From NCBI GenBank assembly GCA_016748015.1, contig JAAOMT010000678.1:600389-664388 (forward strand): 64,000 nucleotides of DNA, given 5' to 3'. This DNA is from Geosiphon pyriformis uo1. Lineage: Eukaryota; Fungi; Glomeromycota. Shown here piece by piece: positions 51,376-64,000 of the stretch; position 1 is the stretch's first letter, and each line of letters opens with the position of its first letter. Under the pieces are notes generated by a model that was not told the DNA's origin, ran no database searches, and saw only the letters and a list, made by a program, of their open reading frames with translations. Both the position numbers and the translations under genes were made by a program.

Positions 51376-54299
51376 TCTATTGTGAAATATTAAATAACCA
51401 GAAAAAATTAGAAAAATTATAATAGACAATAATATTTAATAGTTATTTTCAGAAAAATAATTTTTACAAAAAAAAAGATAATAATTCTAAATTTTTTTTT
51501 GTCCATTTGTTTAATAATACACAAAAAATATAATTAAATATTAAAAATTTATAAGAACTGGTTTACCAACATTTGTCAAACAAAGAAAACCAAACCTGTT
51601 ATTTTTAAAATGTTTTTTTAATATTAATTAAATAAAATTACTTATAAACGTGTATAGATTTCAGTTTGTTTAAAAGCTACTATTTTTTAACAAATAAACT
51701 ATATATTTATTAAAAAAATAAAATTTTGGCAAAATCTTCTCCAAATTAAATTTTAAAACAAAAATAAAAGACAAGGTTAATTTTTCTAAGTTTATACTAA
51801 CTACAAAAATGTCAATTTTAAATAAATTAAAATTAAAATTACTGGTCAAAATTAATGTATTACAAATTAAAAACTTAACAATATTGTCTTATAGTTAATG
51901 CTTAACCAAATAAAATTGGTTAATACATTATAAATTTATTTTAAAATTTAGAGTCTAAAATTTACCAATACCTAAAAAGTATAAAGCAAGAAATATCAAC
52001 AAAAAAACGAAGATAAAAAAACATTCAAGCAGTAAAAAGCTTGTTATACACATATTAAATAAAATTTTATAAGTAACAAAAGCTATAATTACTACCAAGA
52101 AATTTCTAAATACAAATAAAATTATAAATAAAAATTACATAAAATAAAGTAAAATTTAAACAGTTTTAATTAAAATATACTGTATGCATTTAATATTAAA
52201 TATTTAAAGCTTTATAAAATTACTATAAACTTTAGTAAAAATCTTATTTTTTTAAAAAACACCAAAAAAAGCAGCAAAAAAAATAAATTCATAATATAAA
52301 TAAGAAAAAAACTATCCAAAAAGCAATAAAAGTAAAAGATTAAAACAAAAAATACATTTAGCAAAATTACTGTTTAAAAAAATATTATTTTTATATCTAT
52401 ATCAAACTTTTTTTTAATATGCTAAAATTTATATTAATCTATTGTATTAGATATATTAGCAATATATTAGTTGTATTAAAACATTTTTAATAAAAAGTAA
52501 ACCAAATTTACATACAATATAAAATTATAAAATTGTAATAACTATAAACAAATATAAATTTTTAACCATATATTTATTTTGTTTTTTAAAATTATTTTTT
52601 ATTATACTTATAAGATATTTAATAAAAAAAAATAAGTTATTTATTTACATAAAGCTATTAAATATGTTATTATCTACGTAAAAAACAGCACAAATAACAT
52701 TATTAATTAGCCAATTATATATTAAATTAGAAAAGCATATAATCATATAAAATAGACAATAATAATTAGTAATAACTAATAATAATATAGAATAATTAGT
52801 AATAGTTAACAATAGTTGCTAATAATAATATAGTAATAAGTAACAATAATAAGCTATGTAAAAATTTAAAAATATATAAAAATACAATAAAAAATAGATA
52901 TTTAATATTAAATAATCAAAAAATTAATAACTGTTCTTATTTTTAATAAAAATTTTATTTATTAAAATTATTAAATTTAAAACATTATTGTTATAATTTA
53001 ATATTTTCAATTATTTTTATTTATTAATAAATACCAAAACATAATATTTTAGATTAATATTTTTGATTATAACTATTAACAAAATATTAAATTCTTATTT
53101 TTTATTTTTTTATTTGTTTTATCTTAAATTAATTTGTTAAAAAAGAAAAAATACCAAATAAAATATTACATATTCTAAACAAAAATGCATATACTATAAG
53201 CATAAAATTAAACTTTTTAAAATTGAATAACCTAAAAAAAATAATAATATAATACTAAAACTATTTTACCAAAAAAATAAAACAGATTAAATATCTTATT
53301 ATTAAAAGCAATTAAATTATTGAATTTTTATAAAATACTCAATTGACAAAATTTTTAAATATGTTAATTATATAAAAATACTAAATTATAAAAATTTATT
53401 TAAAAAAATACTTATAAAAATATTTATTTCTAATATTTAACAAGAAAAATTATTTATATTATTAAAAAAAATACAAATATATTAGTAAATTTTGTTTTTT
53501 TTAGAATTTTTATCATTTTTTTATTTGATTATCAATTATTTTTTCTTTTTGTTATATTAATTATATTAGTTACAATTTATTTAGAATAAATAAATATAAT
53601 AAAATAACATTTTAAATTTAAAAATTTTTTAATAGTTTTATTTTATATGCTTATTTTATCAGACTTTATTATAATACATTATATATTTTTTTAAGCTTAT
53701 AAAAATATATTAATATTAAAGCATTTTTAATAAAATTTTAGAATTTAAAAAATTGTTTTGCTATTATTTTTTATTAAAACTATATTAAATAAATAGTTTA
53801 AAAATAAATATATTAATAAAGTATAAAAAACATAAAAATATTAAATATTTAATTAAAAATAAATATTTTAAATATATATACATTTTAAATATTAAAATAT
53901 TTCAGAATAAATATATAAATATAAAAACCAAAAATAAATAAAAAGTTAAATTAATAAACTAGATAAAATAAAAATATAGAATAAAAGAATTAAAAATTCA
54001 AAAATTGCAAATTATTTTTTTATTATATTTATTTATCTCAAATAAAGTTACAAAAAACCAATTTTAATATTATAACTTTTAAAATTTTGTTTGTAAAATT
54101 GTATTTTGTATAATTAATATTATAACAAAAAAAAACTAATTAGTAATTAAAAATAATAATTATAAAAACTCCAAAAAGAGTAATATTTGCAATTGTATTC
54201 ATTTTTTTTAATAATATAGTTAATTTTTTTAATTAAATATTAAAAATAAATATATCTTTAAAGAATTGTATTTATTTATTTTATATATTCTGTTTTTTT

Positions 54300-56570
54300 T
54301 TAACAAATAAAATTTAAATATAATTTAGTATAATATATTAACTAAATAATTTAAACTAAGCATAAATTATGTGTTTTTTACATATGACCAGTTACTTGAT
54401 TAATTAAAACAATACTATATTAAATTTATAAAAAAAACTTATTCTAAAAAAATATTTTATTATAATAATAATTAAAATATTACTATTTTTAACAAAACCA
54501 CTTAACCAAACAGCAGTTAAATTTGTATTAAATTTAATAGAGCCAAGTTAATATTTTTTAAAAATAATTAACTTAGTATAAAGTTTATTGCCAAATAAAT
54601 TAATTTTATATTCTTTTATAAGATTAATATTAAAATTATATTCAATTTTAACTATTGTTATATTTACAAAAAGCCAACTTATAGTTTTATTAAAAACAGA
54701 CATTTTATTCTGTATAGTACAAACCAAACTTTCAAATTTTATATATAAAACAAAAGAAGTATTCAAAAAAATAGTAATTAAAACAATTAAAAAGCCAATA
54801 AATTTAATAACAAATTTAATTAAAGCAGTCAAACTCAAAAATTAAGATTTAAAAAATCTAATCTAAATTTAATAATAAAATTACAAATAAACACCATTAA
54901 AAAAACAATAAAAAAAGAAGACAAAAGAGTAAAAATCTTAGTATAAGACTTTTTACTTATAAAAAAAACACAAAAAGCTTAAAATTAATAGCAGACTTAA
55001 TAAATAACTTAAAAAAAAATAGCAATATCTTGCAATTTTTAAACAAATAATCTAAGTTTTGACATTTGTAATAGTAATAATATTTATATAAAATACTAGT
55101 TTTAATAACAACCAAATCCAAAGATTTACAAAACTTAAATATTATAACAGCAAAGTATTAACAATAATAAAAATTATAAAAATAAGAAATAAAATAAATA
55201 TGACTACCAACTTAAAAAATTAAATTACTAATTTTAAAAACAATACAACTAAAAAAAATTGATTAATTTGGTCTTAAAAGAGTTTTTGAAATAATAACTT
55301 TTCTTTTATTAAAAAAAAAGAATTAAACATTGGTTTTTTATTAATACAGATTAGTTATTAAAAACAACAATAGTAAAAGAAAAGTTTTGAAGATTAACAA
55401 TAATATATTGCTATAAGTCAGCAAATTTTAATTTAACAAAAATAACAACGCTAAAAACACTAAAAGCATTTTAATGTAATCAAAAAATGTACTAAGAGAA
55501 ACGTTATAAAATACAATAAAAGTAAAACAAAAAGCCAGAAGCTATTACAGAAAATTTTGTAATCTTAAGTATGATCAAAAAAAGAAAACTATTAATTAAA
55601 ACTTTAATAATAGTACTTAAGAAAGTTTTAAAAACAAAATTCACACAAAAAAACTTAATATTGTTTTTTGAATCTAACTTGAATCTAATAAAATTAGGCA
55701 ACAAATGAAAAAAAAATTAGTTAAGACCAATTTAATCTTAAAAATAGTATTAGAATAGAAATCATTTATTCAAAGAATTTTTGATAATTAAAAATTGTTT
55801 TTCAGATACAATTAGAGACAATATCAGAAAACAAAAAAAAATTGATTTAGTTTCTATTTAATCAGTTCAATTTTTAAGATTAAGTAACCCAATAAGTTGT
55901 TTTGCTTTTAGAATTAACAATAATTTACTAAAAAAGATTATATTCAGCAATACAACCAGTAGTTAATCTTGGTTTATCTTAAAAAATATATTATTGTTAT
56001 TGTTGTTAACATTAAAAAAAAAACTGGTTGTAGCTGAAAAAATTTTATTTAAAATCTTATTTGGAATTACAAAAAAGTTTAGTATAACAATAGTAAACAC
56101 AAATAACTGCTGCTGTTTTTTTATTCTTTGATCTTTTTGGCCATTTGTAAAAAAATAATAATGATATTAATAATAAAAACAAGAAAAACCAGCTTATTAA
56201 CTGGCTTGTTATTAGAAAATTTAGGGCTTTTAAAAAAAGTAAAAACTACACTAGGATTAATCTAAGTGTGTTTCTTAAAAAAAACTTTGACTGAGAAAAA
56301 TCACCAGCCAAAAATAAAAAAATGCTTTAAAAGCTGTCAAAAACAGTTTTTTATTATTAATACTTAAGAGAAATATAGCCAAGATATTTTGTTTAGCTGT
56401 TTTAATAATAAAGAGATTTTTTTTTGTTAAAACTTTATTAGTTATTATAGAAAAAGTAATATTTGAAGCTTTTTCATTTTTTGTTGTAATTATAATTATA
56501 AAAATGGGAAAAAAAAGAGTTTTAATAATTAAATCCTGTATTGTACTTAAATTTGGTTTATTTTTCATTA
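54300..56570. repeat. AT-eroded R1 repeat copy within the larger AT-rich block 51400-57400
   Basis: Collinear similarity to 7350-8850. Confidence 0.65.
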
Positions 56571-57559
56571 AAAATATTTTTTAATATATTTGTTAATTTT
56601 TTGTCAATGTTTAATACAATAGATTAATACAAATTTTAATATATTAAAAAAACTAAACATTAATGTAAATTTGTCTTTTTTTCTAAACAGTAATTTTATT
56701 ATATATAATTTGTTTAAATTTTTTCTTTTTGATTATTTATTTTAATTTTTTTTCAAAAGATTATATTGTTAATAAAGTCTGTAATAATTTTATAAAACTT
56801 AAAAAAAACATTAATATTAAAGATATATAGATTATTATTATTAAAACTGTTTATAAGAACTTAAAATTGCAATAACAAATTTAAAAGTTTTTAATACTAT
56901 AATAAAGATTGCAATAGTTTTTGAATTTTTTTCAAAAAATACTTTATAATTATTAAAAATAAATTTATCTATTTTGAAAAGTTATATGATTAAGCAAATT
57001 AATTAAAAAAGCAACAAAACTATTTAGGTTTTATTTTTTCTATTTAATTTTTTTATAGCCTTATATTGTAGACTTGTATTCAAAAAGGTTTTAATAATAT
57101 TTATAATCTTTGTTATTTATATGATCTTGTTTAAAATATATAATAAGCTTTTAGTATTTATAAATATCTTTTTTATTTAATAATTTTAAATCACTTTTTA
57201 ATATTTTTTGTCTTATACTTTTTAAATTTTGAATTCTAAATTCTATAATAATTTTTTAATATATTAATTAATTTTTGTGTTAATTATAAAATGTTTTTAA
57301 TAAATTTTTGTAGTGCTATCAAGTTTTTAACTTTTAATAATAAAATTAACATCTTTACTCATATAGACTTGGTAATTTCAATTTTGTTTTTCTCTTTACG
57401 AAAATTTAGGGTTTTTCATATCAGAACTAATGAAGTTTGGTTAAGTATTGGCACATTTGATCCATTTTCAAGATGAAACATTTTTAGATATTTTATAGAC
57501 AGAAGCTCCTCTTCTTTTTCATTTTCTCTTACTTAGTGCAGAAGATGGTCTTCATTTAA

Positions 57560-58220
57560 TGGTTTCTTGCTAAATTGAGAGCACACTGTTAAAAATAAAA
57601 AAATTAATCTGTTTTAGAAAACTTTGACGCAATAAAAATATCGTCATAACAAATCTTACATTAGAGTCACCTGGCATATCAAATTTTAGATTCTATCTCA
57701 TGTGTCATGATGTATTATGTAAAAGAGATAATAAAGTTATCAAAGCCATGCGGAAACGATATCAACACTTGCCTATAATAGATAACACTTGGAGTTTAAA
57801 GCAAAATATAGCGCTGAATCCTAAATTATCTTTTATTTGTAATGGTGAGTGTTTATTCTTAAACAAAGTATTCGTATCTTATTAAAGCTCACTTTTTATC
57901 TGCTATAATAAGAACACAGTTTGTAAGACCCAAAAATAAATATCAAAGTCAATAATTGAATCTGTCAATACAATACATTTTTGAATATTTGTTAACTCAA
58001 ATAATGATTTTATTTTTTGCCTATTTGAAATTTTTATTAGCCATACCATTGTATTCTGAGTGTGAGGAGGGAGCCAGTGAAAAGATAAAGATAATGCCTT
58101 TTCAATAACAAAAGCCCCAATGGCTTGATGTTCACTTTGTTGCAGCACGCCCCATAGAAAACTTAGTAAGAAATTAAATGTACCAATTGTAAATAATACT
58201 TGTTTAAAAAGTTTGAATCT
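57560..58220 (-). pseudogene. Longest R2 family copy; decayed gene-like sequence of unknown product
   Basis: Contains, adjacent to each other, the segments also seen at 26881-27020 and 21841-22090. Intron-like gtaaga...aacag at 57659-57587. No intact frame. Confidence 0.4.
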
Positions 58221-58299
58221 CACGCTTTTTTCAGAGCAATCCCGAGTTAATATTGTTACCTAGCATTTTATCAAATTGAAACAAGTTCTTTTTCCAAAA

Positions 58300-59668
58300 T
58301 CATCCTTTTGAATCGCAAACACCAAATGTTATTCCAAAATAAGGACCAAAATGAGCTTTTTCACTTTCTTTTTCTTTTTCCACTTGATTTACATTACATT
58401 CCTGTGTATGAATCAAGTCAATCTTAAATTAAGTAAAAAAAATATCCTATCATAGAAATTATGCATACCGGATTTTCTTTTAAGTCAGCAAATTCATCGA
58501 CTCCAGAACATTCATATAGTTGAGATTCACCAAATATGATACCGTTATCAGATATCCAACAGTTACAATCCCTTGGTTCAAGCCAATATTCTTTCTCCGT
58601 ATGGATATATTTATACTTAGTTTGTGGATAATGGGGAACATTGTCACTGGCATTTGTCACACGATATACTTTTAACACCGTATTCACTAACTGTGCAAAT
58701 GATCTGAGGCCAACTCGGGGTTGTCCAAATGTCACCACAGATAGATGTGAATAATGCCAATATTTCGAAAATTTTAATATTTTTTGTTGTAAGAATAAAC
58801 CGGCCAGCAGAGCATAAACTTTTATAAAAAAAAGTTTCACTTTAGTATTGTGTTATAATATATTTATTTTATGGTTATATAAAATTAATGTTTATCTTAC
58901 CTCCACCTACTCCATGCCCTACAAAGTGAATTGTATGTACTGCTCCGACAGGATCAATCTCCAAAAACTTTTTGATTTTTTTAAGAAGCATTGGCATAAA
59001 AGATTCCACATGCCCATTCCAAATAGCGTCTACAGAAAAAGTTGCAGGCTGTATTCCAGACGTCTTTGGAAAGGTAAAAGTTGAAGTAATTATTTGTCTT
59101 TTCCCAATTTTCAAAAGGCCTCCATATAATTCAACTCCTTTAAAATAAGTTACAATCTCTTTGGTATGTACGTCCACAAAGGTATTTACTACAAAAAGTA
59201 TAATGGAAAAACTAAAATCAACTTATTGAGAAAAGAGCTACAAAAATATTCTTTACCAGTAATTTCATGCAATAAATGATCAGCTATATCATTGTTGCTA
59301 GGACAATAGGCAAGATTTGCATACTGTGCCATTTTGGCTAAAAATTTGTATTTAGGATGTGATGCTGGTACAAGTTTTTTAGGGAGATATGTTGCGCGCA
59401 TTGCAGAAGGCGAACTGATTAATGTCCTTTTGGTATTTACACTAAGGCCAAAAAGTTTTTTATCTAGTGAATCATCTAAAACTTTGGTAGCATCTTTATA
59501 AGAGAATCATGTTTCAAATCAATGTCATACTTGGATAGTAACAGCTACATTTTCCACAGCAACTATACCTTTGATATCCATTCTATTTTCGCTTTCTAGG
59601 GTAGTTTGAGTGAATTTGCTTAAAAGAAAAATTAATAGTATTATCAAGGAAAGACTGGAACCTATCAT
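58300..59668 (-). CDS. Secreted class-3 lipase-like protein with nucleophile Ser->Gly (GHGVGG), 5 exons
   Basis: Signal-like MIGSSLSLIILLIFLLS; YANLAYC; IVTYFKG; FVGHGVGG; TFGQPRVG; RVTNASDNVPHYP; last exon 58401-58300 AHFGPYFGITFGVC. GT-AG introns in frame. Confidence 0.88.
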
Positions 59669-60170
59669 TTCCCTCGTCAATTTGTTCTACACTGGATGAA
59701 TCTCTATAACAAGTGACTGCCTCTTAATGTTGTTGAAGATTCTCAATCGACCCTTTAAATACTGTCAGGGTCTCCTTAAATAAACCTATTAGTGATGAGC
59801 GTGGGGATGATTTGATTTGAATTATTATCATTATTTTGAATCAAAGTATCTGATAAAGGTTAATGTTGACGGAGCATGATGTAACACAGGACGGGAAGGA
59901 TTCCGGATATTTGAAAAATCTTTTGTTCAAAATTCAAAAGTCACGAAACAAAGTCCCGAAAACCGTGATTAGAATTTGAGGCATTTTATTGTAAATTTTA
60001 AATGAAAAATATAAGTAGTATGAGTTTGAAAATTATCCTGCTTCTAATTAGTATTTATTATTGAGATTTAATTATAACTGTTTGAACAAGAATTGAGATA
60101 TTGAGTAGCAATCATTTCTGAGAAAAGAGTATGAAAATTTCTAGCTTTCAATAAAATAACATTTGAGGTA

Positions 60171-61496
60171 TTATGGTTTTGGAGGCAATGGCATTGAGCA
60201 AGTTCCCATCGTATATCCAAAATAGGGACCAATGTGGGATCGGTCTCCCAAATAATGGTAGTGATTATTGCAAAGCTATTTCAACAAAATGCTAAGATTT
60301 AGGAAAAAAACTTTTCGCCAAAAATATATAGATTAAAAGTAAATTTGATAAAAACGCTTTACCCGACTTTCCAGTATAACTTCACCTACTGGGGTTCCCA
60401 GACACAACCAAACTTCTTCATAACGATTACAATCACAGTTGGTAAATATCCAAAATTCAAAAATTGGGTGCAACAAAGTGTCTTCAGCCAATAATGGCAA
60501 ACGAGGAACATAATCGTCTGTATGAGTGACTCGATATATATTGAGATTTACCAGCCTACTAATTCCAGTCGAGAAATCTTTATTTCCGATATGTGGCATC
60601 CCGTAGGTGTAAACATCGAAAGGAGTCAATAACAATGTTATGCTCCATTTTATTGATGTCAACACTGCATAAGCTTATTCGTGAATACAAAAATTAGGAA
60701 ATTCATAAAATAAAATAAAATTTTTCATCAGTTCAATAATCATACCAGCTCCAATGCTATGTCCAACAAAATTGAATTTTTTTATCGGAAACTCTTCCTT
60801 AATTTTCCCTCTATTTAGCAAGCGTAATTTTTCATTAATCTTCAAAGCAATTCTGAGCTCGGCTACACTAAATTGTTGAGACATTTCCTCGTCAATTTTC
60901 GATTTCAGGCCAAAAGCTTGAAAAAGTTGATAATCAACAAGTTTGAATTTCTTATTTAGCCAACTCTCTCGGGATTTCATTCTTGCAGAAAAATATACTA
61001 TGAGCTCCAATTCGTTTTCTTCATTGATATATTCGGCTATTTTGACTTAATGGAGGGTTACAAATATTAACGTAAGATAACAATCAATTAATTCAAGTAT
61101 TTTGAGCAAATCTAACTAGTTCACCTTTTCTTCCAAAAAAATTTCAAATTACCAAAGAGGCCTAAGCCTACACCATCGCCATCATCATGATTGAGGCAAT
61201 AGGAAATGTGGGCGTAATAAGCAAACCTACCCAAATTATTCATCAATTCTATTTCATCATTAATTAGTAATTTATCATCAAAACTCTCCCTCTTGAATAT
61301 CTTTCGGAGAAAATTGTTAATATTAAAATATAATTCATGAAAAAAATTTTGGCCTTTAAAATCTCACATGACCAGACTGCGTAAACTGCTTTGGTTCATT
61401 ATTTGCTGTGGTAAACAATAATTCATTTATTAAAATTCTAGAAGCTATCAGGCCAAAAAGTAGATCCCAAAATCTGATGTCCTTTATTCTTTTCAT
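60171..61496 (-). CDS. Class-3 lipase with intact GHSIG, 5 exons
   Basis: YAHISYC; FVGHSIGA; YTYGMPHIGN; RVTHTDDYVPRLP; last exon SHIGPYFGYTMGTC...PKP*. Exon 1 and the start codon are less certain. Confidence 0.85.
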
Positions 61497-61859
61497 TGAG
61501 AAACCTTCTCAAGGTGATATCAATTAAGTTAATTATTGAAATTCACCGGGAAAAAAATTTTCTCTCTACCACGCAAAAATATTAGAAATTTAAATTAACC
61601 CGAACTTGCCTATTACAGTTTTGGCTATGACACGTGTAATTGATTTGGGCAATATACATTTATATATACTGATGCCTTTCAAAAAGGGTTCATCTCTTGA
61701 AGATCCTTAGAAATCTTTTCTCACGAGCACTTCCTCTTACCAATTTGTCTTTTCAATTTTTCCCCATGTCAGTACCTGGAATTTGCAAGGTTTTCTTTAG
61801 GGTTTAAGTTTTCTTCAAACAGCCTCAGTAAAACATAAGATGAGGATAGTAAGTCTGTT

Positions 61860-62928
61860 GCTATTTGAGAAGAATCTCCTAGATAATTATATTTATTGTT
61901 GCATAGCTAAATTCTAAAGGACGATAAATCAACTAGGGCAAGAATTAAAATTTATGCATACCCTACTTTCAGGATACCAAGAATCGTTACTTTCAGAAGC
62001 AGTACAATCGCATCTCATATTAATCCGAAATTCCAAACCCGGATTTGCCAATCTTATTTCTGAGAATAGAGGAAGGCGGGGAACGTAGTCGTCTGTGTGC
62101 GTTATTCGATAAAAATTTACATTCTTCAAACTGTTGACTGCCTTTGCAAACACTTCGCTTCCCACTCTTGGCATTTCATAAGTGAAAAAGTCTAAATTTG
62201 TATCCTTTAATTTTCAGGCCTATGAAATGGCTGCTAATAATGAATAAACCTCCAGCAATGCTGTGCCCAATGAAAATTATTCTCTCTATATGTTCAGATC
62301 TAGATAGATTTTTACGTAATAGATTAGGAAACTCTAACAATTTTTTTGCTGATACTTTCTTCGGCCAAGTTAAACTGTCGTTGAAAATTCTGGTCAATTA
62401 ACGCTGGTTTTAGCTCGTCCGTGAATAATGGATGGCGAACAAGATTTTATCTCCTCTCTATCCAATCCGCTCGGCTAAGTTTGTTGCCCTTGAAAAACAC
62501 AATTAACTCAGTTTGGTTTTTAGAATTTAACTCTGCTACTATCACGGCTACAAAATATTGAGATCGTTAAAAATGGGTTTTACTGCAAGTTGATTTATTA
62601 AAAAGTAAATTAGATACCATAAATTCCTGGAGCTAATTCATCTTCATTTCCATACTTTATAGGATATGTAAGCATAAAAAGCATATTTTTTTGAATAGCT
62701 TCAAACAGTATAGTATCTTTGTAAATTCTAGTTCTCTTGTCTTTTGTTCTTTAAATTTAATGGCATTTTAATTTTGCCAGCTGTGTTTACCTGTTTCCGA
62801 AAAGAACTTTTATCATGACACACGAGAAAATATGAGATAGGATCTTTTCAATTTAAAATTTGATACACCAGATGACAAAAAAATGACATAATAAAAGCTT
62901 GATTTTTTTTTATACTTTGAGCTTTCAT
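61860..62928 (-). pseudogene. Class-3 lipase pseudogene, paralogue of 60171-61496
   Basis: FIGHSIAG, MPRVGS, RITHTDDYVPRLP. Stops and frameshifts upstream; the helix after the nucleophile is missing; the last exon LCNNKYNYLGDSSQI lacks the His-x-GPYFG. Confidence 0.75.
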
Positions 62929-64000
62929 TATGTTATTTTTAATAAATTAAGTTTTTATTAACTAATTTTAATACATTATACCATTCTAAAACAGATAAAA
63001 ACTTCATTGATTTCTTTATTTTTATTTTTTGCTAGTATAAAACATTTGGCCAGAGTTTTTAATATAAAAAGTCCTAGATTTTTGTGAAAAGAGTGGCCTA
63101 AGTTTTCTTTTTATACAGACTTATAAAAACAATTCTTAAAAAACAACAAGAATGAATTTGTCACAAGAGTAAATAAAGTGCTCAATTTGGTTTTTGGCAA
63201 ACTTTTTGTCAAGAAATTTTTAATAAGCAATAAAATAGCTTTAGTTTTAGAGTTTAATTATGTTTGAATTTACCAAAAAAGCAAGCTTATCTTGATACAA
63301 CATCTTAGAACCACATTTTTTTATGGATTTTATTTTTATATGTCTAATAAAAATACTATTATCTTAAAAAAATACTTTTATTTATTATTATTGCTTATCT
63401 TTATGCAATCAAATTTGTAATTATTTTTGACACATATAAAACCAATCAAAATTTTCCAAAACATAAACAAAAAACATTATATAATTATGCTTTTAAGACA
63501 TCAAGATTTGATATTATTAATAAAAGTATAATATGTACTTGGATCAATTAAAAATTAAATTAAGCAAATATTTATAAAACGTAATGTTTACTTTATCAAT
63601 AATCTTTTTAGCTATAATTTAAAAGTTTAAAAACAGATTCTATACAAAAAGCATTTGTAAATTAATAAAAATATTTTAAAAAATGTGTTAAAATTATTAT
63701 TTTTAGATGGCTTGCTTATTTTTTTTTCTATTCATAAGAAAAACTGTTTCCAAAACAATTATAAAAAAAAGTAAAAGAGAATTTTATGCAAAAACAACAA
63801 AAGCAATTTAAGAGAAAATCTTAGTCAAACCACTTTATTTTCAAAAAACTTAGAAAAATAATAGATATAGACAATATAAGTACATTTAATTTGTTTTACA
63901 GTCTTTAAAGAATAAAAAATTTCAACAGTTTAAATATAGAAGAAAATGATAAAAATATGTATAATAATTATTTTAATAAATTTCAATCATTATTTCTAAT

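Noticed and set aside
54548-57476. Ile/Lys/Phe/Asn-rich ORFs in AT blocks (also 461, 7418, 7742, 30932, 30961)
   Set aside because: Compositional by-products of eroded repeats.

Overview
AT-rich eukaryotic (fungal) DNA with short spliceosomal introns. Gene content and repeat style suggest Glomeromycotina, possibly Geosiphon-like; this is inference only. The window is a mosaic of AT-eroded repeat relics and gene islands. Supported genes: three paralogous intronless MATA-type HMG-box transcription factors (18.3-19.1, 43.7-44.3, 49.4-50.0 kb), a 7-exon C2-domain gene with a GC-AG intron (40.0-41.4 kb), and a tandem of three class-3 lipase-like genes (one Ser->Gly pseudoenzyme, one canonical, one pseudogene). 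Mobile DNA: a full-length decayed pogo/Tigger element, Tc1/IS630-type relics and an 87-bp MITE. Two observations stand out. (1) Two decayed IS607-like elements (a TnpA serine-recombinase remnant plus a TnpB/Fanzor2-type RNA-guided nuclease) flank the C2 gene. (2) Four otherwise dissimilar intronless 104-133 aa Asn/Gln/Ser-rich ORFs lie around the first HMG gene and all end in His-Pro-stop, with a probable fifth, pseudogenised member. The second is a candidate undescribed small-protein or peptide family linked to the HMG cluster.
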